The position numbers and the translations under genes were made by a program. DNA of 63,906 nt, filler included, from Reticulomyxa filosa (lineage: Eukaryota > Protista > Foraminifera), in NCBI GenBank assembly GCA_000512085.1. It is 27 parts of 27 records of this genome, joined end to end, with 100 filler letters (N's around TTAATTAATTAA, not from the genome) between each part and the next. Parts side by side here need not be neighbours in the genome. Positions count along the whole stretch, not along the records: positions 49,661 to 51,479 come from ASPP01019369.1; positions 51,580 to 52,728 come from ASPP01026236.1; positions 52,829 to 54,795 come from ASPP01026612.1; positions 54,896 to 56,227 come from ASPP01021214.1; positions 56,328 to 58,448 come from ASPP01039407.1; positions 58,549 to 60,481 come from ASPP01014518.1; positions 60,582 to 61,612 come from ASPP01041036.1; positions 61,713 to 62,728 come from ASPP01036209.1; 19 more parts are not named here. One strand, given 5' to 3'. A model generated the notes under the pieces. That model had not been told where the DNA came from. It did no database searches and saw only the letters and a list, made by a program, of their open reading frames with translations. The number at the start of each line of letters is the position of its first letter. Positions within the stretch are counted from its first letter, which is position 1. This document shows positions 49,697 to 63,258 of the stretch, piece by piece.

Positions 49697-51371
49697 CAAT
49701 GATAGCAATAACAATAACAATAATAATAATAATAATAACAGTAACAACAACAACAATAACATTGGTGCTAGTGTTGGTGGAGCAATGGGTGGCAACAACA
49801 GAGACGACAGAGGTCTGCATTCGCCGACGATTTTGCGTGGCGCGTTGCACAACTTTACACTGGATGAGCGCATGCATTTGGACCTATTGAACGAGGGCCA
49901 ATTGGCACTGAGAGAGCAACTAGGCAAGGCTTTGCGACGATGCAAGACGCAAACCGAGTTCAACGAATGGACTGCGCGTGCGTCAACAGATTGCCAGTGA
50001 AAATCAGCACGACCAACGATGGCAAAAGGTGCTGGAGCAGATCAAAGGAGGGAGCGACGTGGATGTAAGCTTGCTACCTATCATTGAATGGGAATTCCAT
50101 CAGGTCGTTTTCTGGCTGCAAATGTGCGGCTTCAACATGGCCGCCAAACTGCTTGGCGAATACACCATCACTGGTGCTGAACTTCGCTATATGAAAAAAG
50201 AACATTTGGTATGGCTTGGCGATCATTGCAAACATATTCAACTCGACGAGACCACGGCCAAAAAGATTGTGCAAGAAATGCGCAAGTTGGAAGTCAAGAC
50301 GCAATTTCGCTTGACTTATGAACACTTGTGGCGGACGGTGCTGACGAATGTCAATGACACCATCGATGTCGATTTGGCGAGGAAGTCATATTATGTCAAA
50401 CAATTGGTGCAATTATTGAGAGCGCCCAAAAATTTGGGACCATTTGCGTTTTGGAAGTCCGATGCGGTGTTCTTTGATAAGGTCGATAATTGGCTGGCCT
50501 CGTTGCTCGTCCCCTTTGAACTTCAAAAACTATTCATGCATTACTTCACCACCTTTTTGGAAGATGAAAACGATGAAGACTTGCATTCACTCAAATTCGA
50601 AACTGGCGATGGAGACTGGGCGGAACAGCAGCACTTATCTGCCATGGATGTGCAAAAGCTCTCGAGTCAATTGAATCGCAAACTCGCGCTGAAAAATTAC
50701 TTTCATTTCTATGAACGCTTCGACGACTACATGACAGGCAAGGATATCGTCGATTGGGTCCTTTCTAATTACAACAAACTCAACTTCAAATACAGCACGC
50801 GTCGTCATGTTGTTCTATTGTGCGAGCAGCTATTGCAAAGGGACATACTTATCCACTTGAACCTAACTAACTCTACTGTCGACAAGGAAGATCGCAAGTT
50901 CGATGATAAAAATACATTGTTTTATACGTATTGTGGAAATGACATTAAAGCATATTAATTCTTCGCACGTGCAAACTTTTTTTTTAAATATACATATACA
51001 TATGTATATTTAAAAAAAAAAAAAAAGTGAATAACTTAGAACGACAAAACACTATTACGGTGAGCCAGAAGTTGCGCAATAAACTAATCGAGTCAATTAA
51101 TTCGATAGACTATTGCTTTTCATTAGTGTGATGCTTGTGTCTCTTATGATCATCATGTGTATGTATTTTCGAAGATAATAGTAAGTTGGCCTGGCCATGG
51201 ATTGGACAGTCGAAACAGTTGTCGAACATACATACAGTCGTGTCAAGTACGAGTTTGCTTTGCACAGTGAGTTGCTGTTCGAGTCCAAAATCATTGATGC
51301 AACGTTTGAAACTGTACAATATAGAGATTGGTGATTCCAGTGACAAATTATAAAGAAATTCCATCAAAAGG
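49661..51371 (+). CDS. SAM + DEP domain protein (partial)
   Basis: SAM: IIEWEFHQVVFWLQMCGF...ITGAELRYMKKEHLVWLG. DEP: YMTGKDIVDWV...RRHVVLLCEQLLQRDILIHL...FDDKNTLFY. Frame change near 49980; further exon-like sequence at 51040-51371. Confidence 0.75.
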
Positions 51372-52675
51372 TTTGTAAAAAATTTAAATATACATTTTAT
51401 TTATTTATATTTCATTATTCAAAGCATATTAATTCGTAAATATTTTTTGTCCAGGATCCAGAATTATAATTTTTTAAAANNNNNNNNNNNNNNNNNNNNN
51501 NNNNNNNNNNNNNNNNNNNNNNNTTAATTAATTAANNNNNNNNNNNNNNNNNNNNNNNNNNNNNNNNNNNNNNNNNNNNGGAGAAAATCAATTATCATCA
51601 TATGATATCGTTTTATGCGTTCAATTTTCTTTGCAACCTACTGTAGAAAAAAGTCAAAAACTGTCTTTGATATTTTCCATTCACCAAACTTGTCCACTGC
51701 GTGATAAAACATTATAATGCGTTGTTGGCGACTCATTTATTATTAGACCACATTGAAATCTTTATTATTAGATAATGAGACCATTTACATGATCTGCTAA
51801 AAGCAATTGCGAAACCAGACTTGAACAAATTAATTTCGAAAGTTATCTCCGCAATGACTGAGTCTTTGCGATTTAGATTTGAATTTAGTGTAGATTTCAA
51901 ACGAGCTTAGTCACTTTCCCACGTGGCCAAAAAAATTGGCCTCATGGATTTCTTTTTGAATTTCAAGTCTTTTCGAATCACAAAGTTTTTAATGAAATCT
52001 TTTCGCAATATTTTCAAAAGTCCAGTTTTCAGTTTCTTGGAATAATCTTAAGATATATTGATGTATTTTTTTAATTCAATTGATACGTGTAGATAAATAC
52101 TGTCGAATTAATGTTTATACGTTATCCTTTCCAAAAACAAAAAAACCTTACTTCAAACGTATAAATCAAGTTATACTTATCTATTATTTCGTTTGATATA
52201 TAGCTCTCCAAAAAATGTTCAACAGTTGTAATAATGAAAAGAGAAAAAAGCAATTGAAACAAAGCGTTATATGATCGCATAAACAACCAAAAAAACCTAT
52301 CAAATACTCTTGGAAGTAGATCTCATCTGTTACTGCAGATGTCTTGGATAACTGTGGATTTTTTTAGTTTTCTTTTTGGTTTTTATGTCATTTTCTTGGT
52401 TTATCACTTTTTTCTGCTTTTCAGAAAGTTTTTTCTCGATTTAAATTTGATTTAAGCCAGTGACCTCATTGAAGAACAATTTTTGACCAAATCCATCTTG
52501 TTTAATCTCCAAAGATTGTATTTTTTACGACAATATAGTATAAAAACGTGTTATCTATCAGTGCAATCTATCAATGCAATTAAAAGAAAAATATATTACA
52601 TAAAGCTAGTTGAATACAACAGTAAAGTTGAAAGCACTTCAGAAATCCAAGAACATTTTTTTTTCCATGTTGGAA

Positions 52676-52728
52676 CCGAAAGGGTTTGAATTCCGGGTCT
52701 TTAAAAACCCGAAAGGGTTTGAATTCCG
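52676..52728. repeat. Direct repeat CCGAAAGGGTTTGAATTCCG, 33-bp period, at contig end
   Basis: Exact 20-mers at 52676-52695 and 52709-52728. Confidence 0.9.
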
Positions 52729-54330
52729 NNNNNNNNNNNNNNNNNNNNNNNNNNNNNNNNNNNNNNNNNNNNTTAATTAATTAANNNNNNNNNNNNNNNN
52801 NNNNNNNNNNNNNNNNNNNNNNNNNNNNTCCATTCTCCTTGTAATATATTGATGTAGGAAGATAAATGTGTGATATGTTTGTCTACAAAAATTGATGCTA
52901 CCGCAACAGAATATAGCAACCACTTTCAATCAAATACAAAAATTTAGTTGAAATTATTAATATTAATAAATAATTATAAGTATCAATACTTATTTATTTC
53001 ATCCAATGTGATGTCCACAAAAATTTTCTTGTATCTTGATTTTCTTCAATGTTCCAAGAAAAGCAATTCAAATCTGAAAATAGATTAAGTTGATAATCGA
53101 TTTCTTTTTAAAACAATAATCAAAACATTAAAAAAATACAAAAAAGACAAAAACAAAATATTTTTGTGCTATCATTTGCATATGACATAGTTTCAGAATA
53201 CAATAAACCAGCTCATTATTGCTGTTTTTATCATGCCTTTTCAATCAAATGCAGAAACTGATGCACTGTTATCGTTATAAATTAAAGTGAAGAGACTATT
53301 TTCATCTTTATAAGCCACTTTTTACAGGTCTACGAAATCAATTGAAGAACAATTCAAATTCAAGTTCTCCATGAAAAGTCAGCATTTATTCAAAATCCTT
53401 TTTAAATAATGTCTATGCATCGTGGAGAATCCAAAAATGTATTTGATTTTTAATAAATGTTGATTTTTCATGAAAAAACGCATGAATATTTGTAGGGATT
53501 CATTTTAGAGTGATCCTTTTTTTAGCTGCTGATTGCATCTTATTAATAAATTTCAAATTTATTAGCAAAACTTTTCTTATATCTATTATACTCTTTGAAA
53601 AGATTCAATATTTCAAGTTTTATAATATTCGCGTTTTTCGAAATAAAGATTTATTTCGTCGTATTCGACGATTTACAAAAACACAATACTTGAAATATCA
53701 GTGTAAAATATTTTTTTTTTTTGTTGCATTTGTGCGAACAATGATAAACACGCTGGAAATTAAATTAGAAAACGTACAAGATGTGGACTTTCAATTAGTT
53801 TAGCCTTTTTTTTAATAGTGAGACTTTTTTTTTTTTTGGAATGCTTTTTTATTGGTTTTTTTTATTTTAAAGTTTGTGGTAGCGCAACAATTTTTTAATA
53901 ATTAGAGCAAAATTATTTTTTTTTGTTTGTGTGTAAAGTCACTACCCAATCAACAATGAATCAAGTGGATATCAGTGACAATGACGATGTGGAGGCAGAT
54001 GAAAGAATCAATCTTGCTATGCTGAGCGTACTCAATTGTAGGTCTATAATGAACTTTTAATCCAAATTTTTTCAAAGAAACGATTGTGCAATGCAAAAAA
54101 ATTTGATAGAATGTTTTATGTATCAGTTCTCGTTCATATTTTATTAAAACGCTACCTGATGCAATAATAATCACAAATCAAAATATTTTATATTTTAATT
54201 TTAAATTTTAATCGTTGCATTTGTTTTCTTTTGGAATGTGAAGTAGAATGAACTGTTTCCAAAAACATACACATATGAACAAAAACAATAAGCAAAGCAG
54301 TAAAGAATTAGTATCGGATTATCAACAAAA

Positions 54331-54795
54331 TTAAAAAAAATGTTTATTGTAAATATTTTCCGTTTTTTTATATTTTAATGCATGCCATAATTCACCTACG
54401 TGCTTTACCAGCAATTTAACGTTCTTTTCGTTGAATAAATTGCAATCTTCTTTATCGAAAGGCATTGTTTCCGTCCAATTGCACAGCCTTTCATCACTAT
54501 CAATGTGTTTACCCATTGGGTTTTAGAATAAATAAAAAAAGGTGACAAATATAAAAATCTAACTAAACAGCTGAATTTTGTTGATATGACGAACCAATAA
54601 CACAATTACTTGACCAAGTGTTTGAACTGCATTTTGTCTTTCTTGTGGATCACAAAACAATGACTGAATAATTTCCAATTCATCAGAATTGGATGCATGA
54701 TTTTTGATTTTAGGATGGAGGCGTTCAAGAGATTCCAAATAACTTTCAATAGTCATTTCGTCAGAGCATTGGAACAATGGAATATTTATGTTGAT
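54331..54795 (-). CDS. C-terminal fragment of hypothetical protein
   Basis: Two adjacent ORFs (54795-54568, 54516-54331) separated by a short intron-like gap. Confidence 0.35.
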
Positions 54796-55236
54796 NNNNN
54801 NNNNNNNNNNNNNNNNNNNNNNNNNNNNNNNNNNNNNNNTTAATTAATTAANNNNNNNNNNNNNNNNNNNNNNNNNNNNNNNNNNNNNNNNNNNNCGACA
54901 ACAAAGAATACAACTCCAATGGCCTTTGCTCTCAGAAAAGGAAAGATGAAGTGCGTTGGAAGCAAACCATGTAAGTAAGCATGAAATGGAAGACATTAGA
55001 AAAGTAGTCTCAACGACAGAAGGAGAAAGAGATAATAAAACAAAAAATCTTAAATAAGAGATTGTTTAAATTATCACTCCAGTGATTGCTTAGCAAGCAT
55101 GTGAATCACGTCGTCGAGCACAAAATTGGATAATTGGAAAAATCCTAACGAAAAGAGGATATTTCTTAACAATAATCGACTAGAAAGAAATTGTGCAAAT
55201 GGTTATGAAAAGTTGTCTTATGTTGCTTTGCACACA

Positions 55237-55580
55237 CATACTGGTGATATGATATACATTGTGATCCTGCTGTAGATCCAAGCCCACCAGAACAAGCAAC
55301 CAAATTTGCTGCTTTGGTATTTGTTCGAGGTCATCCAGGACAATTGAAAGCTGCAGCTAGTGATGGAAAAGACAACTAATGAGGATTTACTCCATCGATT
55401 TATACCCGAACTGCTAAAGCTCCTTGTCAAATGTTGGAAATCAAATGAAAGATGAAAAAAGTAACAAACAATGCAAAAGTTGATAGCGCCACTTTCATTG
55501 AGACCGGTGATCAAGCTGAAGTCATATTTGCTCCAAAAATACCATTAGGGTGACCTCCTTTGATGAGCGCAAACCATTAG
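55237..55580 (+). pseudogene. EFL: Elongation-factor-like GTPase (EFL) pseudogene, domain III fragment
   Basis: HTGDM...DPSPPEQATKFAALVFVRGHPGQLKA...**GFTPSIYTRTAKAPCQMLEIK*KM...NNAKVDSATFIETGDQAEVIFAPKIP...FDERKPLG. Stops at 55377-55382 and 55446, plus frameshifts. Confidence 0.8.
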
Positions 55581-58500
55581 GTATGTTTAAATATGATAAC
55601 AATAAAATAACTTATATTGTATTACTATGATTATTATTATATGACGAATGGCTACCTGGACTTGAATTCGTTGATTATGTTGGGAAAATTTGTGACAGTA
55701 GAATACAAGTGACACAAAGTTGGCCAATTTTTGTGAAATATCACTAGTATCAGCTTGTTCATTTGTCGTACATTTTCTCAATTTTGGAGGTTTCAATAGT
55801 CCAATTTCTGATATGTGTTTGTAACGACTGGCAATTTTTCTGATTCTTGCAAAGATAATTGCTATTCTTATTGTTTGGGGGAGACGCTGATAGAGAAATT
55901 AACAAAAACAATAAACTCTAACAATTTGAATGATGTGACAGAAACATCTACAAAAGTAAGTGGCTCAAGAGAAAACATCATGGACTTCAGAGTTATATTT
56001 CGTTATCACGAGAAATTATCAATGCAATATTATTTATTGCAACTTATTGTGACAAAATTGGAACATTTGAACATGCCTGCATATGTATTACCGGTATTTT
56101 ATCTAAAGGATGTGCTATCGAAAGTACATCCACTGCATTTATTAACACAGCAAATTTTCTATTTCAACATCTGCTATTTGTTTGAATTTAATTCTTGATT
56201 ATTATGGATTTGTAAAAAAAAAAAAAANNNNNNNNNNNNNNNNNNNNNNNNNNNNNNNNNNNNNNNNNNNNTTAATTAATTAANNNNNNNNNNNNNNNNN
56301 NNNNNNNNNNNNNNNNNNNNNNNNNNNACCTGAAAACATATTTATAACAATATAGAAACAACAGTCAAGCGGCATATCAACATCAACACGTTATTACATA
56401 TAGAAGGTAATTGAAAGTTTTGATAGTTGCAATATATCTAAGTTACTGTTTTGTGTAATTATAAATTTAAGCAATTTAGAAGACAACGCATGAATAAAAA
56501 AATAGTATATAGAATATTAATTTTCAAAAAACTTTGTTAATTTTTGTTAAAAAAATAAACAATTGCCATGAAGAACTATTATTTTACGCGCTTAGTGAAT
56601 AAGACAAGACAAAAAAAAATAACAACAAAATAGGCAATTCAATCAAACAAAGACAACACTACCAATGATTACGGACTAGAAGAGTCTTTGTTTTTTAAAC
56701 TTTTCCTTTTTCACTTTTACCAAAACTTTCCTTGTTTTCTTGTCTTTGCATTTTGGGGATTATTTTATTATTTAATCTGTTTTGTGTTATTCATCACATA
56801 AAATTGTTGAGCTGACGTTTCATAAGTTTTTGATAATAAATGAAAACCCATATCTTCTGTTCACTTTTCTTTTATTAGTTTCTGTTGTGATTATTCGTTT
56901 TCTTCGTTGGTACACCTTTTTCAACACTGTTAAATCGTGTGTATATCAACAATTTTTTCTTGAGCGCTACAAAAAGAAAATTGGTTGTAGAAATACTGAA
57001 ATTGTAAAACATTCAGTTTGACAGCGTTTTTACTTTCACAAAAAAAGGTTCTAAAAAAATATGCTAAAAAACTTTAAACAAACCCCCTCCTAATCTTTTC
57101 AACGTTCGAGCGGAAATTAATGCTGAGCAACCAGAAAGGGGAAAAAGAAGCTCTTCTTGCTGAAGCTTTAAGAGTGAAAGAAAAAGAAAACGACAAAAAA
57201 ACACAAGAACAAAAAAAACAGAAAGCTTTGATGAATGAATTAAACGGTGAAAATAGAGATATTCATAGTTTATGTGTAAAACCACTTGATACAATTTCAA
57301 CGAAATTGTCTGAGAAATAACTAAAAAAAGTTATTGATTCTTTTCATAAATGGATTGAATGATGGAGATGGATCATATGCAAATTACTTGGAGTCATTTC
57401 GACTGAATTAACTATAAGCACTGACAAAAAAATATTAGGACACATCAATTAAACCATAATCCTTATTAGGATTTTTCAAGTTTATTGAAAGTGTTAAAGA
57501 GATGCTCATGAATGCGTTCAATTTTATTTAATGCTGATGTGTTTTTTTTCAAGTAGTCCCTTCTTCTCTTTCTTAATATAGTATTTTTTTTTATGAAACA
57601 CTAACTTTTTTTGTGTGTTATTTTGTTCGAGTCCTTCAATAATATTTTTTTCCACAAATCATTAAAAGATATTCCTCCATGAAACTAAGTTTTGCAATAT
57701 TTTGCCACAATTTCTTTACATCAATATATAACTGCATCAAGATAAACAAGAATCGACAGTGTCATTTTTTTTCAGTTAACCTCACGCACTGGAACTAAAC
57801 TACATACAAAGAAAAAAGAAAAAATAAAGATGAGTTAATTTGTTATCATAGAAAGGAATTGGGCATATTTACTTCATTTAGTATAACGAATATTTTTTAT
57901 TTGTTTAATTTTGACAAATTAGTATTTTTGAACATAATTCGATTGTATATCTGAAAAAATTGCTACACATCAATTTAAATTAGGAAATGAAAAATAACAA
58001 AAGAATAATCCGTATAATCGCAATAGTGAGCCAATCATTAAATTAAAAGGTTGAAATAAGATAAGTAACATTTTGATTTTGGATCGAGTTTAAAAAAAAA
58101 ACACATGTGAAAATAGTTAAACAATACAATGAAAGCCAAAGAAAAACATCAGAGCATAGCGAGAGTTGGGATAGCTTAACATTAACAAAAACTTTTTTGC
58201 ATTCGTTCGACGTGTCAATATCATTGATGCCAAGAGTACCTATGGAAGACAACATACAATTTTTTGATTTATTTTTGTTTGGAATTTGGAGAAATCGCAA
58301 ATACCTGTGTCACCATTCCGATATCAGTTTGTGTGCTTATGTGTTGTGCGCATCGCAATCGTTTTACACTTTATTTTGTTTTTTTTGATTGGGTGAGAAA
58401 AGAGATCATATTCAAAAAAATTGATTGGTTGCCTTTGACTTGTCGACANNNNNNNNNNNNNNNNNNNNNNNNNNNNNNNNNNNNNNNNNNNNTTAATTAA

Positions 58501-60266
58501 TTAANNNNNNNNNNNNNNNNNNNNNNNNNNNNNNNNNNNNNNNNNNNNTTTTTTTTCCTTGTCGAATGCATCCAAACGTATGTTTAATTTATAGCACAAT
58601 AACAATACAAATGGACAGCGTTGATCGACCCTCAAACAAATTTGCTTTCCTTTTTTATTTTCTTATCTTTTTTATTGTTTGTTTTGTGTGGGTAGGATCA
58701 TCAAGAGTAAAGACTGGATATGAACATTTTTACACCTACACACAACCAAAAAAAAAAGGGGAAGGTACAAAAATAAAGAACGACTACGTGTAGTTTTAAT
58801 TTGTCTTTAGCAAAGGGGAAAAAAATTGTGAATGTTTGTCCGAAAGGTGAAAGCAATAAAAGCTTTTTTTATACATAATCGAATACTGTTAGTTTAGTTG
58901 AGTTACTTCTTTTGGCGATTTGTGTGTTGGGTGTATTGTTTTATTGAAAAAAAGCAGGACAGAAGACAATAAAATCAATTGTATTTTTGTTTTCACCATC
59001 AAATTTTTATGCACTTGTGTTTTGGTTGAATTGTGCAAGTTTTTTTTTCTTGCTTCGATGTTAGGATCACACAAAGATTTTCTTTTTATACATACTTCCA
59101 ATGTGTAGCCACTTTTACAATTTTTTTATTTAAAATGGAATTGTGAAAGGTATTTTATGTCTGAGGTTACATTTGCATTTTGTATGATGGTAGCCGATGA
59201 AAAATGTTTTTCTGCTTGTGAGACCTTTTGAAAGAACAGGAGACAAAAAAAAAAGAACTTTTATATAATCTACAATGCAAGAAAAATAAACAAGACAACA
59301 AGAATATGACGCTGATTTATCTTCACTGGAATGTGGTGTTAACTCTTTAACCTGGCTAGTTAAACAAGAAACAGAACACAGTAGCTAAAATAAAACTAAA
59401 TTCACAAACGCAATACTATGAATAATCTAATTTTTAATTATATTTAAAAATTTAGTAAAGTTTTTTTGTTTTTTAAAATAAATATTTTGTAGAAATTTGT
59501 GTTGTAATTTTCTAAATGGAATTTTTGTTTTTTTGTTTTTTGAATATTCTAATAACTGTTGGACTTGATTCATCATTCAAACCCACTTGACATGTTGGAT
59601 ATGCATCAGTAATCAAAAAGAAAAAATGAAAATTTTTAGCAATAAATCAAAACATTTTTTAAAAGAAAAAGTACAAACAGGCTAACTAAAATGTTCACGT
59701 AAAATCTTTTTTCATAAGTGGTGAGTACACTAAAAAGACGCAAAAAGCAACTAAAAAAATGTACGCTTGAATAATTATTGCCTCCGAGTGATTGTGATTA
59801 TTTTTTGGTATAATTTCATTTATTTGTAACCTCCATATTTTCTGTTGCGTCAAAGCATTGTTACTAGTAGCACTATATTAAATGATTAATGAACTTAATG
59901 TTTAGTTTCAAGTTGTAAGATGCCACTTACACAGACAATTTTTACTACGAAAGAAAAAATAAAAATTTCAAAGTTAAGAAAAGATTATGATGAAACGAAG
60001 TGGACATCTGTGTTGTATGTGAATTTCTGAATTTAATTTTGCATTAGCCTTCAAATCCTTTTATTTATTGTATGTTTTATGAGAATAGTCAAAATATTGG
60101 TCACGTTTTGTCAGTTGGTTAAAAAAAGTTTGAACTGAGGAAGTAGACATATATCCTCGTCGTGTCCGAATTATTGACTTTTTCGAAAAGAAGCATAAGC
60201 AATTTTTTCTTGCACAGTTTGCATTCTTTAGCTTTTCGTTGTGCATAATCATAACAAAGCTGTCCG

Positions 60267-60412
60267 ATGAAGTCGTCTGTCGGGGGTGAGGTGGATTTTT
60301 CAGCGACATTGGCATGGTTAAAAAAAAATAATTTGGAATCACTAAAGTCGGCGTTTGAGCAACGTCAATTAAATGTGGAAGAGCTAATGGAATTTGCTCC
60401 CGAAGACTTGCG
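60267..60412 (+). CDS. First exon of a SAM-domain protein (truncated)
   Basis: MKSSVGGEVDFSATLAWLKKNNLESLKSAFEQRQLNVEELMEFAPEDLR followed by a GT donor at 60413. Too short for the ORF track. Confidence 0.6.
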
Positions 60413-61230
60413 GTGTGTGTGTGTGCAATATGTATAAGAATATATATATATATATATTTTTGCAAGTATTTTCCAGTAGGANNNNNNNNNNNNNNNNNNN
60501 NNNNNNNNNNNNNNNNNNNNNNNNNTTAATTAATTAANNNNNNNNNNNNNNNNNNNNNNNNNNNNNNNNNNNNNNNNNNNNAAAACAAACTAAGTACACA
60601 AAGATCAATCAAAGTTATTCTTTGCGCTTTTTCACTTTGTTTACATTTGCAGAGAGTTAGAAAATTTTTACACTGAGCTTTTCTAGACTCCCTTTTTTTA
60701 AACAAAACATAAAAAACAAATGAATTTTTGGAAAGGCAATATCAATTCATTTTATCTTTCAAAATTATTACAAACAAAAAGAAAAATCCAATTTATCAAT
60801 AAACCTCTATTATTCAAAGTTTATAAACTTGATATTGAATAAATGAGATATTAACCCAGTGATACACTTATAACAGACTATGTTATGTTGTTTTCGATAA
60901 AATACAAAGAAATATAGTTGGCAATAAAATAATTTTGTCAAAAATTTGCATATGGGCCTTGTATTAAAGAAAGTAACCTTCCCAATTCGACTTATGTCAC
61001 GGAATTGTCCTTTGGTAAAACCACACAAATCAACAAAGTATAACCATCCTTTAAAAAAGTAATGTACGTTATGTTTAACAAAAAAGTTAACGCGTTGAAT
61101 GACTAGCGATAAATTACAGAATACATAAGCTTGATAAACTATTATTTTATTCTCAAAAAAAAAACTTGAAACCTGTCACTAACTTTTTTAAATGAAAAGT
61201 TCAAGTTTTGAAATTGAAAAAAAAAATTAA

Positions 61231-61612
61231 ATGATGATTATTACAACTTTCAAAAGAGCTGGCCTTAGGCAAAGAGCACTAAACAAAAGGCCAATCTGGA
61301 ACCTCATTCCTTATGTTCTCATTAGACAACTTCATCAACCCAACACATATCAAGTAGCATTGGATGAACAGCACCAAAGGACTCAATACATTAAAAAGCT
61401 AAAAGGACAACAAGGCGCATTATCAAAAACAACACCATCCCCTGAATCAAGACATGAACGATCATTAATTCAAAAAATGGAATCTGATAAAGAGATTCTT
61501 CAATATCTCAAGGAGAGTTCATCTCAAGACATTATTATTTTTTCTGCAGCTGTTAAAAAATGTTCAGAATTGAAATGTCCCAATTCAATCATTCGAATTA
61601 TTGAAATTGTGC
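61231..61612 (+). CDS. Probable mitochondria-targeted PPR protein, N-terminus (truncated)
   Basis: Arg-rich, acid-free N-terminus (MMIITTFKRAGLRQRALNKRP) and a PPR-like DIIIFSAAVKKCSELK at the contig end. Confidence 0.45.
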
Positions 61613-63258
61613 NNNNNNNNNNNNNNNNNNNNNNNNNNNNNNNNNNNNNNNNNNNNTTAATTAATTAANNNNNNNNNNNNNNNNNNNNNNNNNNNNNNNN
61701 NNNNNNNNNNNNGAAGGTCAATCTCAAAAGAAAATGTTTTCTTGTATCATTTTTTTCTATATAACATACCAAATGACCTACATCAAAATAGTTTAAAATA
61801 GTAATCAAAAAAAGTATGTGTGTTTTTTTAGAGTTGCGAATTCGCGAAGCAGTTAACAATTGTTTTTTTCCAAATTTGCGATTATTTTGATTTGCTTTTT
61901 TTATAAAACAAAACTATACACAATTAGTAGAACTCTATTTAGTTCGAACTAAATATCTTATTTCAAACCAAAAAACCAACAAATTTTATTTGCAAAAAAC
62001 TGCTGACTTGTTAATGTTACGAAATTCTTATTTTTTAACCGTCATTACAACATTCACACTTTGCCTTTGGAAATACATTCTAGCTTTTATCTAGTTATAC
62101 TCAAGTCAGGAAAGAGTTTTTTTCTACATTCTGGTCCACTCTAAACAATAATAACAGCGCATGCCTTGGGTACTAAACAGTTCAACTAAATAACTGAACT
62201 ATCTTTTAATTGAATAGATAGATAAATAATAATTGGCAGCTCAATTGCCAAATAGAAATAAATTTCTTTTTTTAGATTTGCCCATCTGCTTTTCATACTA
62301 TTCTTTGAAACTGGAAGTTTCATTTGTCCTCAGAATGCAGAAAAAAAAGTCTGAATTATTTTAAAGCAAAAAAAAAAATTGTTGTGTCCAGCAATGAATT
62401 GAATTTGAAAAATTTTTGCTGATGTATCAAGTGAATTGTCAGTGCATTGGATTAAACATATGCAGCAATGGACATTTCAAACATTTCCAAAGTTTCAGCC
62501 ACTTCCGACACAATTCGCGGGGAATTTGATGGTATTAATCCTGCGGCCGACTACGTATAATCACTCCTCTCGTTCACTTCTCTTGCAATTGAGATGGCAA
62601 TGAGATATATGTGTGTTTGTCATTGGTTTAGGTACGGTCGGATCAAACGCCGATGTTGTAAACGACGAAAAAGAAGGAGTTGCTATATATTGACCACCTC
62701 CAAAGCATCCAGAGTTATCAAAGATTCCNNNNNNNNNNNNNNNNNNNNNNNNNNNNNNNNNNNNNNNNNNNNTTAATTAATTAANNNNNNNNNNNNNNNN
62801 NNNNNNNNNNNNNNNNNNNNNNNNNNNNTTGTTAACTAATCTTTTAATGATAGCCAATACTTTGAAAACTTTTTATTAAAAAGAGAAAATTTTGACTTAT
62901 TATGTGTTTTTCATTCTGGAAAGATAAATAATTTTTATTACGCTTCATTCAAAAATCTAATAAAAACAACTTATTGACCGGTTTCGTGACGTTCATAACA
63001 AACGGTGCAAAAAAGATCCTTTTCATTTTTTTTTTTGAAAAAATTTTGGACATTGTGATTATTTCCAAGAGGTTTTAATTGATGCAATCATTGAATTTGA
63101 ATTGTGAGTCGTTGGAAGAAGGAGAAATTTTGGAAGAAAATGTCAAAAATACGGCAAGTTTGGTGTAAAAGACAAGTACAAAACTTCACATGATAGCCAA
63201 AGACAAACTAAGTTCATTGTTATGACACACGTAACACTCACACACAGATGTACTACCA

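Noticed and set aside
52676-52728. CRISPR array
   Set aside because: Only two copies with a 13-bp gap, no cas genes, and a eukaryotic context.
55377-55448. Stop-codon reassignment (TGA at a conserved Trp of EFL; in-frame TAA/TGA elsewhere)
   Set aside because: The same fragment has other stops and frameshifts. Intact genes here use TGG for Trp and end at TAA/TAG/TGA, so pseudogenisation explains it.
13424-62784. Regularly recurring TTAATTAATTAA as a biological repeat, CRISPR-like array or elimination signal
   Set aside because: Always centred between exactly 44 N on each side and has stops in all six frames, so it is an assembly linker.
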